Of a DNA stretch of 64,000 nt, positions 28,925 to 38,786 are shown in pieces. The first letter of the stretch is position 1, and every line of letters starts with the position of its first letter. Position numbers and translations under genes: made by a program. The notes beneath the pieces were generated by a model, which saw nothing but the letters and a program-made list of their open reading frames with translations, was not told the DNA's origin and searched no databases. Origin of the DNA: an uncultured delta proteobacterium (lineage in GTDB: Bacteria > Desulfobacterota > Binatia > Binatales > Binataceae); assembly GCA_963711565.1 (NCBI GenBank), contig CAVQEQ010000003.1, forward strand, positions 384,001 to 448,000. Reading direction: 5' to 3'.

Positions 28925-29713
28925 TTACGGCGTCGGCGGCTTCTTGGCGTTCTGCTTGTCCTGCTCTTCCTTGTAGACCTCGTCCATCTTGGGCTCGAGC
29001 GTCTCGTAGAATTCCTTGATGTGCCCGACGTTGGAGCCGAGGTCGCCGGGGAAGTAACGCACCATCGAGGTCGCATCGGGGCGCGCCAGGCCGGAGCGCG
29101 AGCACACCGCAATATCGCCGGACGGCTCGACCGTGATTCTCACATCATCTTCGATCTTGAGAATTCGCGACGTGTAGATGCAATCCAGGGTGAAGTTGCT
29201 CGGGTTCGACTTTACGATTCGCCATCCGCCGAGCGAGTTGACCGTATCCTGCGAGAGTTTGAACAGTGTCTGTCGCGAAATTCCGGGAAAGCTGCGTTGA
29301 ATCAATTCGGGAAAGACATCGTCGAGCGGCGCCGGCGCCGCGCTCGTCACGACGTTGCGGGTCGTCTGAATTTCGGGGGCGCTTTCTTTCTTCACGTGCT
29401 TGTGCGGCGCGGTCTCGGCAGGCGCGGGCGCAGGCGGCGGGCTCTCCGGGTCGCAAGTCACCGAGCTGGAACCGGTGGTGCTGGATGCTGCCGAGTTCAT
29501 CGTGAGGAACCTCACGACGCGCTGCCCGAGGCCGGGCCTTTCGAAAATAGTTTCGTTGTTCAGGATCATCGTGACTCCCGCCGCTGCGATCCCGACGGCA
29601 ACGAAAAAGATCGCAAGACGGAAAATCAGTCCGAGCAGACGGCGCAGGATTGGAATGAAGATCAGTGCCGCCAGGACGACAGCGGCAATGACAATTTCAG
29701 CCGGCGTGAACAT
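28925..29713 (-). CDS. Membrane protein with DUF1499-like domain
   Basis: Two N-terminal TM helices; TSRI....DDV.I, SRS......GDLG.N..HI..F. Confidence 0.6.
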   Translation of the reverse strand: MFTPAEIVIAAVVLAALIFIPILRRLLGLIFRLAIFFVAVGIAAAGVTMILNNETIFERPGLGQRVVRFLTMNSAASSTTGSSSVTCDPESPPPAPAPAETAPHKHVKKESAPEIQTTRNVVTSAAPAPLDDVFPELIQRSFPGISRQTLFKLSQDTVNSLGGWRIVKSNPSNFTLDCIYTSRILKIEDDVRITVEPSGDIAVCSRSGLARPDATSMVRYFPGDLGSNVGHIKEFYETLEPKMDEVYKEEQDKQNAKKPPTP

Positions 29714-29889
29714 AGATGATGAATTCCCCGATGGATTCCCTAGCCGTTTATACGCCTGTGGTGCAAGCCGGACGGTGATTGTTCCACGGCGATGCGACCG
29801 TTAGAAGCATTTAACGCCCGAAAAGCAAACCGGCGCGATCCTGGTCTGGATCGCGCCGGCAATCTGCAAGTTTGTGAAATTGTGGTGGC

Positions 29890-31758
29890 TTACGCCGGCG
29901 CTCCGGCGAATCCTTCGCCGCCATCGCCGCGCAAGATCGCGTCGAAGCGCTTGCCGAGGTAGAAGCGGCGCGCTTCGTCGTCGGTGACGGCGGCGCGGCG
30001 CACGTCGCGGCGGCGAATCGGCCAAATCCCGCCGACCATCGGATGCCGTCCCTGGCGATAGCTGAAGAAATAATAGGTGAACTGGCGCAGCACACCCATG
30101 CGTGCTTCCGCGCCGAGTCCGCGGCCGGCGCATACGGTGAACATCGTGTGCAGGAAACGCGGGATCGAATAGAAGCCCGTGTATGCGTCGCGATACGCGC
30201 CGAGCCAGCTTTCCTTGTCCAGCTTGTCGTGTCGGAGCGTGACGTGCTGCGAATCAAGCTGGTTGAAATCCCAGTCGATGATCGCGCCTTCCTTGGTGAA
30301 GCGCACCTGGTCTTCGGTGCCGGGCAGCGGCGTCATGATGAAGAACGACACGATGTCGAAGCCGATCTTCTTGAGCGTAGCCGCTGCCACGCGTCCGCAA
30401 TCGGGCCCGTCGAACGGGAATCCCAGCATGTAGCCTGCATGCACCGACACGCCGACCTTGTGCCAGTTCTCGACCACGCGCCGATACTTGTCGATCACGT
30501 GCGCGCGCACCGCTTCAAGCTTGCCCTTATGCTGGCGGTCGTCGGTGTTCTGGTATTTGGTCGCAAAATTCAGGTTGTCGGGATTGAGAGACTCGATTCC
30601 GACGAACGCCTGGTAGCATCCCGCGGCCGCGGCCAGCTCAGTGAAGCGCTTGCTGCGCCGATGCTTGGCGGTCTCGGTCTCGCCCTCGGCGACGTTCGCG
30701 TAGCACGAGGCGTCAACGTCCACCTGCATCATGAAGGAGAGCTTGGGATACTCTTTCTTAACTTCGACGAGGCCGGTGAGAATCTCTTCCCATCGCGGCG
30801 AGCGGAAAAAATCGTCATCGACCAGAAACAGCGACTCGATGCCGTGATGCCGGCATGCGTCGCGCACCCAGCTCACGACCGCGTCGGGCTCGCGCGAGCG
30901 CATTGTGCGGCCCATCACGTTCTTCACGCTGCAATACGAGCAGGTGAACGGGCATCCGCGCGAAGTGTCGAGCGTGGTCATCGTGTCGTTGAAAAATCGC
31001 GTGAGGTAACGATCGTCGAGCACCGGCAGCAGCGACTCGGTGATCAGCGGAACGATGATGTCTTCCTGGCCGGTCTTCGCGCGAATTCCCTGCGTGACCG
31101 CGTAGCTGATTTTCAGATCGCCGCGCAGGAAGTCCTCGACGATATCGCCCCAGATGTTCTCGGCCTCGCCAACGACGGTCGTCACGCCGCATTCGTTGAG
31201 GAATTTGCACGAGTCCGGGAAGCCGCTGACGTGGAATCCGCCCATCATCGTGGGCAGCCCCTCGGCGACGAACTGAAGCGCGAGGTCGCGGCCGCGCGGA
31301 TACTGATTCGATTGTACGCCTGCCAGTCCAATGAGCAGCTCGACGCCGTCTTCGCGGGCCTTGTCCTTAATCGCCGCGATTGTCTCGGGGCTGACAATGC
31401 CGTCGCAGATTTCGTCCCAAATTACCGTCTCGAGGCGGACGTTGCGCTCGACCGCATAGCGCTTATTGAACGCCTCGTTGAGCGCCGTCATCACGGTCAA
31501 AGTGTTGTTCGGCTGGACGCCGTAGCGGAAATACTGGACGAAGCCGTCCTCGTCGTAGCGTGAGGGCTTGATGAAATAGACGCGCACAGTCCGGCAAGGC
31601 TCAGGCTTCATCGCCGCCTCGGCGGTGGCGCCCTCGCGAGCCGTCAATTGGAGCTTCGCACCCGGACGGTCGCTGCCGTAGCGATTGGTCCCCAAAAGCC
31701 AGTAGAGGACGGATATAGCGAAAATCAGGAATGCGCCTACAGATACAAGAAATACCAT
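29890..31758 (-). CDS. B12-binding-type radical SAM protein with N-terminal TM helix
   Basis: GGFHVSG, VVGEAE, SRGCPFTCSYC, DD.F, GIES, TPLPGT. Confidence 0.85.
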   Translation of the reverse strand: MVFLVSVGAFLIFAISVLYWLLGTNRYGSDRPGAKLQLTAREGATAEAAMKPEPCRTVRVYFIKPSRYDEDGFVQYFRYGVQPNNTLTVMTALNEAFNKRYAVERNVRLETVIWDEICDGIVSPETIAAIKDKAREDGVELLIGLAGVQSNQYPRGRDLALQFVAEGLPTMMGGFHVSGFPDSCKFLNECGVTTVVGEAENIWGDIVEDFLRGDLKISYAVTQGIRAKTGQEDIIVPLITESLLPVLDDRYLTRFFNDTMTTLDTSRGCPFTCSYCSVKNVMGRTMRSREPDAVVSWVRDACRHHGIESLFLVDDDFFRSPRWEEILTGLVEVKKEYPKLSFMMQVDVDASCYANVAEGETETAKHRRSKRFTELAAAAGCYQAFVGIESLNPDNLNFATKYQNTDDRQHKGKLEAVRAHVIDKYRRVVENWHKVGVSVHAGYMLGFPFDGPDCGRVAAATLKKIGFDIVSFFIMTPLPGTEDQVRFTKEGAIIDWDFNQLDSQHVTLRHDKLDKESWLGAYRDAYTGFYSIPRFLHTMFTVCAGRGLGAEARMGVLRQFTYYFFSYRQGRHPMVGGIWPIRRRDVRRAAVTDDEARRFYLGKRFDAILRGDGGEGFAGAPA

Positions 31759-31944
31759 GAATAGATCCTCTGCTTTTGCTTCCTACCCAGCAACCCGTCC
31801 TGCCCACCATAGCCGAATGCGGGGGGAGGTTCTAACCGCTCGGTCAGAGAATAGTGTAAGCAAATCCCGACCGGCGCTGTCAACAATTACATTGAACCAC
31901 GTTATTTGGGCGGAAGTCGAGGGCAAAATCGGGGGGAAGGGTCG

Positions 31945-34320
31945 CTAACGGTACATTTCGACCAGATTGATTAGGCCGAGGTCGCGGTAGCGCTCGACTA
32001 GGTAGCCCTTGACTTCCTGCACGCTGGCCATCTGGAGCGTCTCGCGCGCTATCAGACGGGCAGTCTGATAATCGACCTCGCGAATCACCTTGCGCACGAC
32101 CGGGATGAAGAGAGGGCTCAGACTCAACTCGTCGAGACCCATGCCCACCAGCAGGAGCGTCGCCAGCGGATCGCTCGCCATCTCGCCGCACAGACAGACC
32201 TCCTTGTCGGCGGCGCGCGCGACGTTGACGACCTCGGCGATCGCCGAAATCACTGCCGGATGGAGCGCCTCGTACAGGTGCGCGACTTTTGGGTTGTTGC
32301 GGTCGGCGGCGAGCAGATACTGGATGAGATCGTTGGTGCCGACCGAGAAGAAATCGACCTCGCGCGCCAGCCGCGGCGCAAGCCACACGGCCGACGGAAC
32401 TTCGACCATGATTCCGACTTCGATATTCGGATTGTGCTCGAGTCCTTCCTTGAACAGCTCGGCTTGCGACTCGGCCAGCAACTCCTTGGCGCGGCGCAAT
32501 TCCTCGAGGCTCGAGATCATCGGGAACATGATGCGGACGTTGTGCTTGGCGGCCGCGCGCAGAATCGCGCGGAGCTGCACCTTGAACAATCCCGACATCT
32601 CAAGCGAGATGCGAATCGAACGCCAGCCGAGGAACGGGTTGTCCTCGCGCGGCACCCGCATGTACGGCGGATATTTGTCGGCGCCGATATCCAGCGTGCG
32701 AATCGTGACCGGGCGCTTGCCCAACGTCTCGAGCATCTTGCTGTAGAGCGCGAGCTGCTGAGTTTCGTCGGGAAAATCCTCGTAAGTCAGGAACGAGAAC
32801 TCCGAGCGCAGCAGCCCGACGCCCTCGGCGCCGTAGCGCAGCGCCAGCTGGATGTCGGCGAGCAGCGCGATATTCGCGAGCATCATGACGCGATGGCCGT
32901 CGCGCGTCGCGGTGGGTGCGTTGCCCTCTTCGATCAGCTCTTTCTTAAAAGCCTCGTAGCGTTTCGACAAACTCACGTAGTCGCGCTCGATCTCGGTGCC
33001 GGGATTGACGTAAACGACGCCGGCATTACCGTCGAGCACAAGCTGATCGCCCTCGATGACGGATTCCATCAGATGCTCGACGCCGACCACCGTCGGGATT
33101 TCGAACGCACGCGCCAGGATCGCCGCATGCGAGGTGACGCCGCCGGATTGCAGAGCGATCCCGGCGAGCCTGTCGTGGCTAACCATCGTCAACTGCGAAA
33201 GCGTCAGCTCCTCGGCGACAATAATCGTTGGCTTTGTGAAGGGCGCGCGCTTTTCTTCCTGCCGCAGATGCCGCAGCACGCGATGGCCGACGTCGCGGAA
33301 GTCGGTCGCTCGCTCGCGAAGATAATTGTCAGCGACCGCGAGCATCGAGGCGCTGAGTTCCTCGATCACGCGAAACAGCGCGCTCTCCGCCGTGTAGCCG
33401 TTGGCGATAGTGTCGCGGATGCGGCTCACGAACTCTTCGTCTTCGAGAATCATGCGATGGCCGTCGAAGATCTTGAGATCCGACTCCGGCATCAGCGGCT
33501 CCATCCGGACTCGCAGCGTCGCTAGCTCGGCCAGCGAGCGAGTGAGCGCTTCCTCGAAGCGCTTGGCCTCGACCTTGGGGTCGCGCGACTTCTGATGACG
33601 GTCGACGCTGCTCAGGAAGGTGCCGACGACGTGCGCGTTGCCCTGCGCAAATCCAGGCGAGGCGGAAAGTCCCGCCAGGCGCGGCCGGCGAATCTTGGCC
33701 GGCGCGGCATGCCGCGTTTTGCCGCCGACTTTTTCGTAGTCCTTGAGCTGGCGGTTAGCCTCGATCATCCGGCGCTTGTATTCGAGCCGCTCTTTTTCCT
33801 TAGTGACGAGCGATTCGCGCAGCCTGAAATGAGAAAGAATCTGCGCGACCTGGTTGGCCGCGGTGCTCAGCAGGCGGATTTCGCTCTTGTTGAATTTGCG
33901 CCGTTCGAGGGTCTGCGCGACCAGCACACCCAGCGGTTTCTTGCGCCCGTCGTGAACCGGTACGCCGAGAAAAGTATGGAAGCGCTCCTCGCCGGTCTCG
34001 GGAAAATACTTGTAGCGCTGATGGCTGATCGCGTCAGGCACGTAAACCGGCTCGTCCTGCTCGAGCACCAGCCCGACCAATCCCTCGTTGAGCCGCATCG
34101 AAACCTTGCCGACCGATTCGCGATCGAGGCCGACGGTGGCGCGCAGCACGATCCGCTCGCGCTGCGGATCGAAGAGATAGAGCGAACAGACCTCCGCCTC
34201 CATGCCGCCCGCGATCGCGAATGCAGCGCGGTCCAGCGTCTCGCGAAGATCCTCGGAATGCTCGCTGCCGATCGAGGAGAGATGCTCGATCAGAGCGAGG
34301 CGATCCTTGTTGGCACTCAT
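31945..34320 (-). CDS. ptsP: GAF-domain phosphoenolpyruvate-protein phosphotransferase (EI-Ntr)
   Basis: N-terminal GAF, GG.TSHAAILAR, GVGLLRSE, IRTLDIG.DK, NPFLGWR.IR, CGEMA. Confidence 0.92.
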   Translation of the reverse strand: MSANKDRLALIEHLSSIGSEHSEDLRETLDRAAFAIAGGMEAEVCSLYLFDPQRERIVLRATVGLDRESVGKVSMRLNEGLVGLVLEQDEPVYVPDAISHQRYKYFPETGEERFHTFLGVPVHDGRKKPLGVLVAQTLERRKFNKSEIRLLSTAANQVAQILSHFRLRESLVTKEKERLEYKRRMIEANRQLKDYEKVGGKTRHAAPAKIRRPRLAGLSASPGFAQGNAHVVGTFLSSVDRHQKSRDPKVEAKRFEEALTRSLAELATLRVRMEPLMPESDLKIFDGHRMILEDEEFVSRIRDTIANGYTAESALFRVIEELSASMLAVADNYLRERATDFRDVGHRVLRHLRQEEKRAPFTKPTIIVAEELTLSQLTMVSHDRLAGIALQSGGVTSHAAILARAFEIPTVVGVEHLMESVIEGDQLVLDGNAGVVYVNPGTEIERDYVSLSKRYEAFKKELIEEGNAPTATRDGHRVMMLANIALLADIQLALRYGAEGVGLLRSEFSFLTYEDFPDETQQLALYSKMLETLGKRPVTIRTLDIGADKYPPYMRVPREDNPFLGWRSIRISLEMSGLFKVQLRAILRAAAKHNVRIMFPMISSLEELRRAKELLAESQAELFKEGLEHNPNIEVGIMVEVPSAVWLAPRLAREVDFFSVGTNDLIQYLLAADRNNPKVAHLYEALHPAVISAIAEVVNVARAADKEVCLCGEMASDPLATLLLVGMGLDELSLSPLFIPVVRKVIREVDYQTARLIARETLQMASVQEVKGYLVERYRDLGLINLVEMYR

Positions 34321-34405
34321 ATAGGTAGATTCTCGGGTAAAGTCTCAGCAGCCGCGCCAAAATTTTATCGGATCGAGAGCGTCGCGGACAATGCCGCCGC
34401 TCGGC

Positions 34406-35476
34406 TTAATCGTCATCCGGATCTTCGAAGCCCGGCGGAAGCGCGGTCGGCGTCTTTGAGCGTCGGTCGTTGATTCGCTCGACCAGCCCCGGAATCATCG
34501 CTGTGAGTTCGCTGGGAAGCGCTTTGATCGCCTCGTCATCGAATCTCAGATTGAAGTAGTCCAGCGCGAGCTGCACGACTGCTTCCGCCTGATGGAGATC
34601 GCGCTTGCGCTTGATTGGATCGCGCGTCGGCTGAAGCGAGACCCACAGCTTGTGCAACGCGAACACGCGCGGCTCAGGCACCACGAATCTCACCGGGAAG
34701 CCGTTGTCAGCGATCACGATTTGCGTGATCAGCGGCAACGCGGTCAGCCATTCGAGTCCGCGCAACTGTTCCGCGATAAGATCGATTCCACTCCCGATGC
34801 TGGTGAGTGCGAGCCCGTTGGCCGAATCGATCGGCGCGCGGATCAAATCGACCATAAAGCCCTTGGCGTTGACGGCGCGAAATGACCGCTTCCGTTGAGG
34901 CTTGAAGGTCGCGTCAACGTCCTGAAGTATGCCGAGCAGTCCGCCGCTTCGTATCGAGCCAGCCAGTTCCATTTCAGATTTAGTGTTCAGGAGAGTGTCG
35001 AGGTCTTCGGTCTGTAGCAGTCCGGCTTTGAGTTGCACGCCCGCCGCCATCTCGTAGGCATACATCGCATGGCTGCCGAGAATAATCAGATGAGTGCCGA
35101 GAAGTCCGCTCGCGTCGAGCGACCTTACGATGTCGGCCGCAAGCCTCGGCACACGGTTCACTCCCGCGGCAACGCAAAACTTGGCCTGGCGCGCGACCTC
35201 GTCATTGATTGATTTGATCCGCATATCGAGGTCGCGCTTGGTATCGGTAAATTCGCGGTAGGCTTTTTCAGTCTCGGGCGAGCGCGGCCCGAGCGAGCGA
35301 TTACCACCGCGACGGTCGGTTATACGAATGAGATAGTCGTGGCCAGATACTGTTTTCCAATACAAGCCGCCGCGAAGCGTCTGACGTTCAGCTTGAAGGT
35401 CTGTCGAATGCTGATACAGCTGTGCAGCATCGACCGCGATTCTGCGCTGCTCGGCGGTGAGTTCTTTCAGTTTCAC
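34406..35476 (-). CDS. GSU2403-family nucleotidyltransferase-fold protein
   Basis: G...WK...G.DYL, SLGPRS.ETE..Y..F, GS.A.YAYE..AGV, T.D.D, P.PR.FALHKLW.S....R.P.K..RD..QA. Confidence 0.75.
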   Translation of the reverse strand: MKLKELTAEQRRIAVDAAQLYQHSTDLQAERQTLRGGLYWKTVSGHDYLIRITDRRGGNRSLGPRSPETEKAYREFTDTKRDLDMRIKSINDEVARQAKFCVAAGVNRVPRLAADIVRSLDASGLLGTHLIILGSHAMYAYEMAAGVQLKAGLLQTEDLDTLLNTKSEMELAGSIRSGGLLGILQDVDATFKPQRKRSFRAVNAKGFMVDLIRAPIDSANGLALTSIGSGIDLIAEQLRGLEWLTALPLITQIVIADNGFPVRFVVPEPRVFALHKLWVSLQPTRDPIKRKRDLHQAEAVVQLALDYFNLRFDDEAIKALPSELTAMIPGLVERINDRRSKTPTALPPGFEDPDDD

Positions 35477-35642
35477 GACGCTTTCCTCTCAAAACTACCT
35501 GGATGGCAGTCTGAAAGGAAATTGTAGCATAACTAAGGTTTTTTACCATGCTTCTATTCGTATTTGGGTCGAATTTTCCTTTCAAATTCGGAAGCGGTAG
35601 AAATGAAAGGAAACCGCTTGTGTTTCAAGGGTTTTTCGCGCG

Positions 35643-36383
35643 CTAACTGGCTACCTGCGATGGCTCAAACGGTGCCAGCGCCCTCTTCAGGAGGCCACGA
35701 CCGGCGCGGCATCGCCGCGCTCGAATCGCGTCAATCAGATCGCGCTCGTCCTTGATTGGGCCTTCGAGCAGCGTTGTTACGCATCCTATCGAGCCCGCCG
35801 AATGCGAGTCCGAGCCCGCAACCTCGGCCATCCCGAGATGACGCGCGACCTTCAGCGCGAAGACGTTCTCGTCCTCGCCACAGGCGCCGTTGAGCACTTC
35901 GATCGCGTCAACCAGTTCGAAGATTCTGAGCTTGGCCGCGCGCTCCGGATATGTCGGATCGATCGGTTCGGAGTCCGGGTTGATAAACGAGAAGCGCGGG
36001 TCGAGTTTGTAGCGGAACGGATGATTAGCGATCAGTATCCCGCCTTCGAGATCGATCACGCGCCGCAATTCCGCCAGCTTGTAGATTCCCCCGACGTAGC
36101 GTTCGAGCCCGAACGCGCCGACATGGCCCATGTCGGTGGTGACTTCCATCCCGCGCAGGAAAATCACGCCCGAATCCGACGCCATCGCGGCGATCTCGCG
36201 CGCGTCCCACATGTTGTCGTGCTCGGTGATGCAGACCGCGCCGATTCCGATCGCGCGCGCGCGCTCGACCAGGTCCTTCGGCGCGAGGTTCGAGTCCGAA
36301 CTGCCGCGATTGGTGTGGAGATGCAGGTCAACGGTGAAGTAGGGCCCCGCCGGCTGCGGGTGCCCGCTTCGTGAATCCGCCAT
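35643..36383 (-). CDS. PHP-domain metal-dependent hydrolase
   Basis: DLHLHT, ITEHD, G.EVT...GH, HPFR, IEVLNG, GSDSH. Confidence 0.85.
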   Translation of the reverse strand: MADSRSGHPQPAGPYFTVDLHLHTNRGSSDSNLAPKDLVERARAIGIGAVCITEHDNMWDAREIAAMASDSGVIFLRGMEVTTDMGHVGAFGLERYVGGIYKLAELRRVIDLEGGILIANHPFRYKLDPRFSFINPDSEPIDPTYPERAAKLRIFELVDAIEVLNGACGEDENVFALKVARHLGMAEVAGSDSHSAGSIGCVTTLLEGPIKDERDLIDAIRARRCRAGRGLLKRALAPFEPSQVAS

Positions 36384-36399
36384 TTGCGACGCGCCGCGG

Positions 36400-36954
36400 C
36401 TACTTGGGCGGCTCCTTCGCGAGCGTGATTTTCTTCATGTGGTCGCCCTTCTGAATCTGATCGACCACGTCCATCCCCTTAATCACGCCGCCAAACACGG
36501 TGTATTGGCCGTCGAGGTTCGGTTGCGGCTCGAGGCAGATGTAGAACTGGCTGCCGCTCGACGCGCGTTGTGGATTGACGTCGTCGCCCGTGCGCGCGGT
36601 GGCGACGCTGCCGCGCAGGTGCTTCTCTTTGATCTCGGCAGGGACGGTGTAGCCGGGGCCGCCCATCCCCGTGCCGTCAGGATCGCCGCCCTGCACGACG
36701 AAGTCCGGCACGACGCGATGCCACGTTAGGCCGTTGTAGAAGCCCTTGTTCACCAGCGTCTCGAAATTCGCCACGGTCTTGGGCGCGGACGCGGGGTAAA
36801 GTTCGATTACTATAGTGCCGTGTTCGGTCTCGATAATTGCGTAATGACCTGTGTTTCTCACTGGGAGTCCATCCGTTGCGCCCTTGCAGGCCGAAGCGAG
36901 CAGGAGCACCGCGACGACGGCAAGACACGACATTTTAAGGGAGTTGAGTTTCAT
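36400..36954 (-). CDS. Cyclophilin-type peptidyl-prolyl isomerase (lipoprotein)
   Basis: Lipobox ASAC; APKTVANF, FY.GL..HRVV..FV.QGGDP.G.G.GGPGY, SGSQFYI, LDG.YTVFG.V. Confidence 0.92.
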   Translation of the reverse strand: MKLNSLKMSCLAVVAVLLLASACKGATDGLPVRNTGHYAIIETEHGTIVIELYPASAPKTVANFETLVNKGFYNGLTWHRVVPDFVVQGGDPDGTGMGGPGYTVPAEIKEKHLRGSVATARTGDDVNPQRASSGSQFYICLEPQPNLDGQYTVFGGVIKGMDVVDQIQKGDHMKKITLAKEPPK

Positions 36955-37082
36955 TTTATCCACTCGCATTCGCAGGGACAAACGTCCATGCAGGTTAGTC
37001 CGACAGTCCTGTATGGAAGTATTCGAGGCGCGACAAATCCGCAAGTGATGGAGCGGTCTCCTTGCAGTACCTCCCTGAGGAC

Positions 37083-37150
37083 CGCTGCGCGATTTTCAGA
37101 GACCGGCACCGGCAGCGCTCACGCGCTGCCGTCCGAGATTCTTCCTGTCG
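37083..37150 (-). repeat. Truncated copy of the repeat at 58583-58678
   Basis: Reverse complement aligns to 58612-58678 with compensatory changes in the inner hairpin. Confidence 0.75.
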
Positions 37151-37153
37151 TGC

Positions 37154-37785
37154 CTGTTCCCCCTTTCCGCCCCGGAAAGGGGGTTAGGGGGATAGGACGG
37201 CGGCGCGCTTCGACGTTTCTTCTGGTTCCCCTTCCCCCATTTTTTTATGGGGAAGGGGTCAGGGGTTAGGGTGCTTTCGTTTGCCGCATCTCAATGCTAA
37301 TCACCCTCAGATGACACTGTTGACTCTGCGTGAACAGAGAAATCCGGAACTGATGCGCCGCGCGCTGGATCTGCGCAAACACATGACTCCGGAAGAGCGC
37401 GTCATCTGGCAGGAGCTTCGCGGTAATCGGTTAGGCGCGCATTTCAGGCGACAGCAGGTGCTCGCTCCGTACATTGTAGATTTCTATTGTCATGCTGCGC
37501 GGCTGGTGGTGGAGCTCGATGGAAGCCCGCATCGCGAGCAACAAGGATACGACCGAATGCGCGACGAATATTTCAGGCGGCGCGGGCTCCGGGTGCTGGG
37601 GTGTCGAACGTATCGGTGCGGAATGAATTGGCATCGGTGATTGCCGCGATTCGATCGGCGCTGCGCTGGGCGAGACCCTAACCCCTAGCCCCTTCCCCAG
37701 GATGGGGAAGGGGAACGGAGAGAAATTCATCGGAGCGCGCCGTCCTATCCCCCTCACCCCCTTTCCAAGTGGAAAGGGGGAACAG
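37154..37785 (+). mobile_element. Candidate DUF559 element copy 2 (arms 37154-37271 and 37676-37785)
   Basis: Colinear homology to 9300-9926 across arms, leader and gene. Confidence 0.65.
37311..37681 (+). pseudogene. DUF559 endonuclease, 1-nt deletion near 37598 (pseudogene or sequencing error)
   Basis: Near-identical to the 9399-9776 protein up to RVL; the C-terminus SVRNELASVIAAIRSALRW continues in another frame. Confidence 0.75.
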
Positions 37786-37874
37786 AGAGGTTGTGGCGTC
37801 GTGGGGTCGAATCGCCTTAGCTCCCTTTCCAGGGATGAGAAGGGAGCGGAATCAGGGGTGAGGTTCGCTCGCGC

Positions 37875-38660
37875 TTATCCCTTGATGAACTTCGCGACCG
37901 TCGCGGCGAGCTCGGCGGGTTCCTCCAGCGGCGTCATGTGCGCACCGCCGTCGACGAGATGAATCTTCGCGCCGGGAATTCCCTTGCGAAATTCGTCGGC
38001 ATAAACCGACGGCAGCAGCTTGTCGTCCTTGCCCCACACGATCAGCGTCGGCGCCGCGATTCGATGCAGCCGCTTGCGCAGCCCCTTGTCCGGTATAGGC
38101 CACATAAACTTGCCGGTGCATCCCAGCGCCCACGTGATGCGAATGAACCCATCCTGATCTTCGGGGTTCAACGTGATCCGCTTCAACGACGGATGGTGCT
38201 GATCCTTGAACAGCAGCGCGGGCAGGTCGGTCTGCGGCGTCACGATGTAATTGCGAATCGGCGAGTCGTCGCGCCACAGGCCCAGCGGGCTTATCAGCAC
38301 CAGCTTGCCGACTCGCGTCGGATCGGTCGCCGCAATCTCACCTGCAATCATCCCGCCGAACGAATGCCCGACCACCGCCGGCGCCTTCAGCCCGAGCTTG
38401 TCGAACAAGTCGTAGTAGTAGAGGACGAGATCCCACATGTCGTCGAGCGCCTTGTAGGAATCCTCATCGCCCGCGGTGATCCCGGGATGCTCGGGAGCAT
38501 AGACGGTGAAGCTCTTCGCAAGCTCGTCGAGCAACTCGGTCTCGATCGGCCCGTAACCGCCGTGCAGATAAACGACCGGCGGCCCATCGCCAAGAATCCT
38601 GACCTTGGGATGAACCTTGTCGCCCCACACGCTAACCGTCTTATCTTTTGTGGTCGCCAT
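37875..38660 (-). CDS. Alpha/beta hydrolase
   Basis: YLHG, GHSFGG nucleophile elbow, WG..D, GAH. Confidence 0.85.
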   Translation of the reverse strand: MATTKDKTVSVWGDKVHPKVRILGDGPPVVYLHGGYGPIETELLDELAKSFTVYAPEHPGITAGDEDSYKALDDMWDLVLYYYDLFDKLGLKAPAVVGHSFGGMIAGEIAATDPTRVGKLVLISPLGLWRDDSPIRNYIVTPQTDLPALLFKDQHHPSLKRITLNPEDQDGFIRITWALGCTGKFMWPIPDKGLRKRLHRIAAPTLIVWGKDDKLLPSVYADEFRKGIPGAKIHLVDGGAHMTPLEEPAELAATVAKFIKG

Positions 38661-38786
38661 ATCTATCCTTCCAAGAACTCTTCCCACGCCCCTGACAGCG
38701 AAGTAGCGCGCTGCGCGCAACTTTGCGCTTCACACTGGGTGCAGGGGTCACCCCCTGCCGCCCGCCGCGCAGGCGATTCTTTCTTT

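Noticed and set aside
27135-29105. 656-aa methyltransferase-oxygenase fusion
   Set aside because: Artefact of two frameshifts; each gene has its own natural C-terminus and stop in another frame.
30043-33525. Long plus-strand ORFs opposite the radical SAM gene and ptsP
   Set aside because: Antisense shadows typical of high-GC coding DNA, with no motifs.
35522-35549. dif-like site TTGTAGCATAA-CTAAGG-TTTTTTACCAT
   Set aside because: The XerC-like half is plausible but the XerD half matches TTATGTTAAAT poorly, and no partner site was found.
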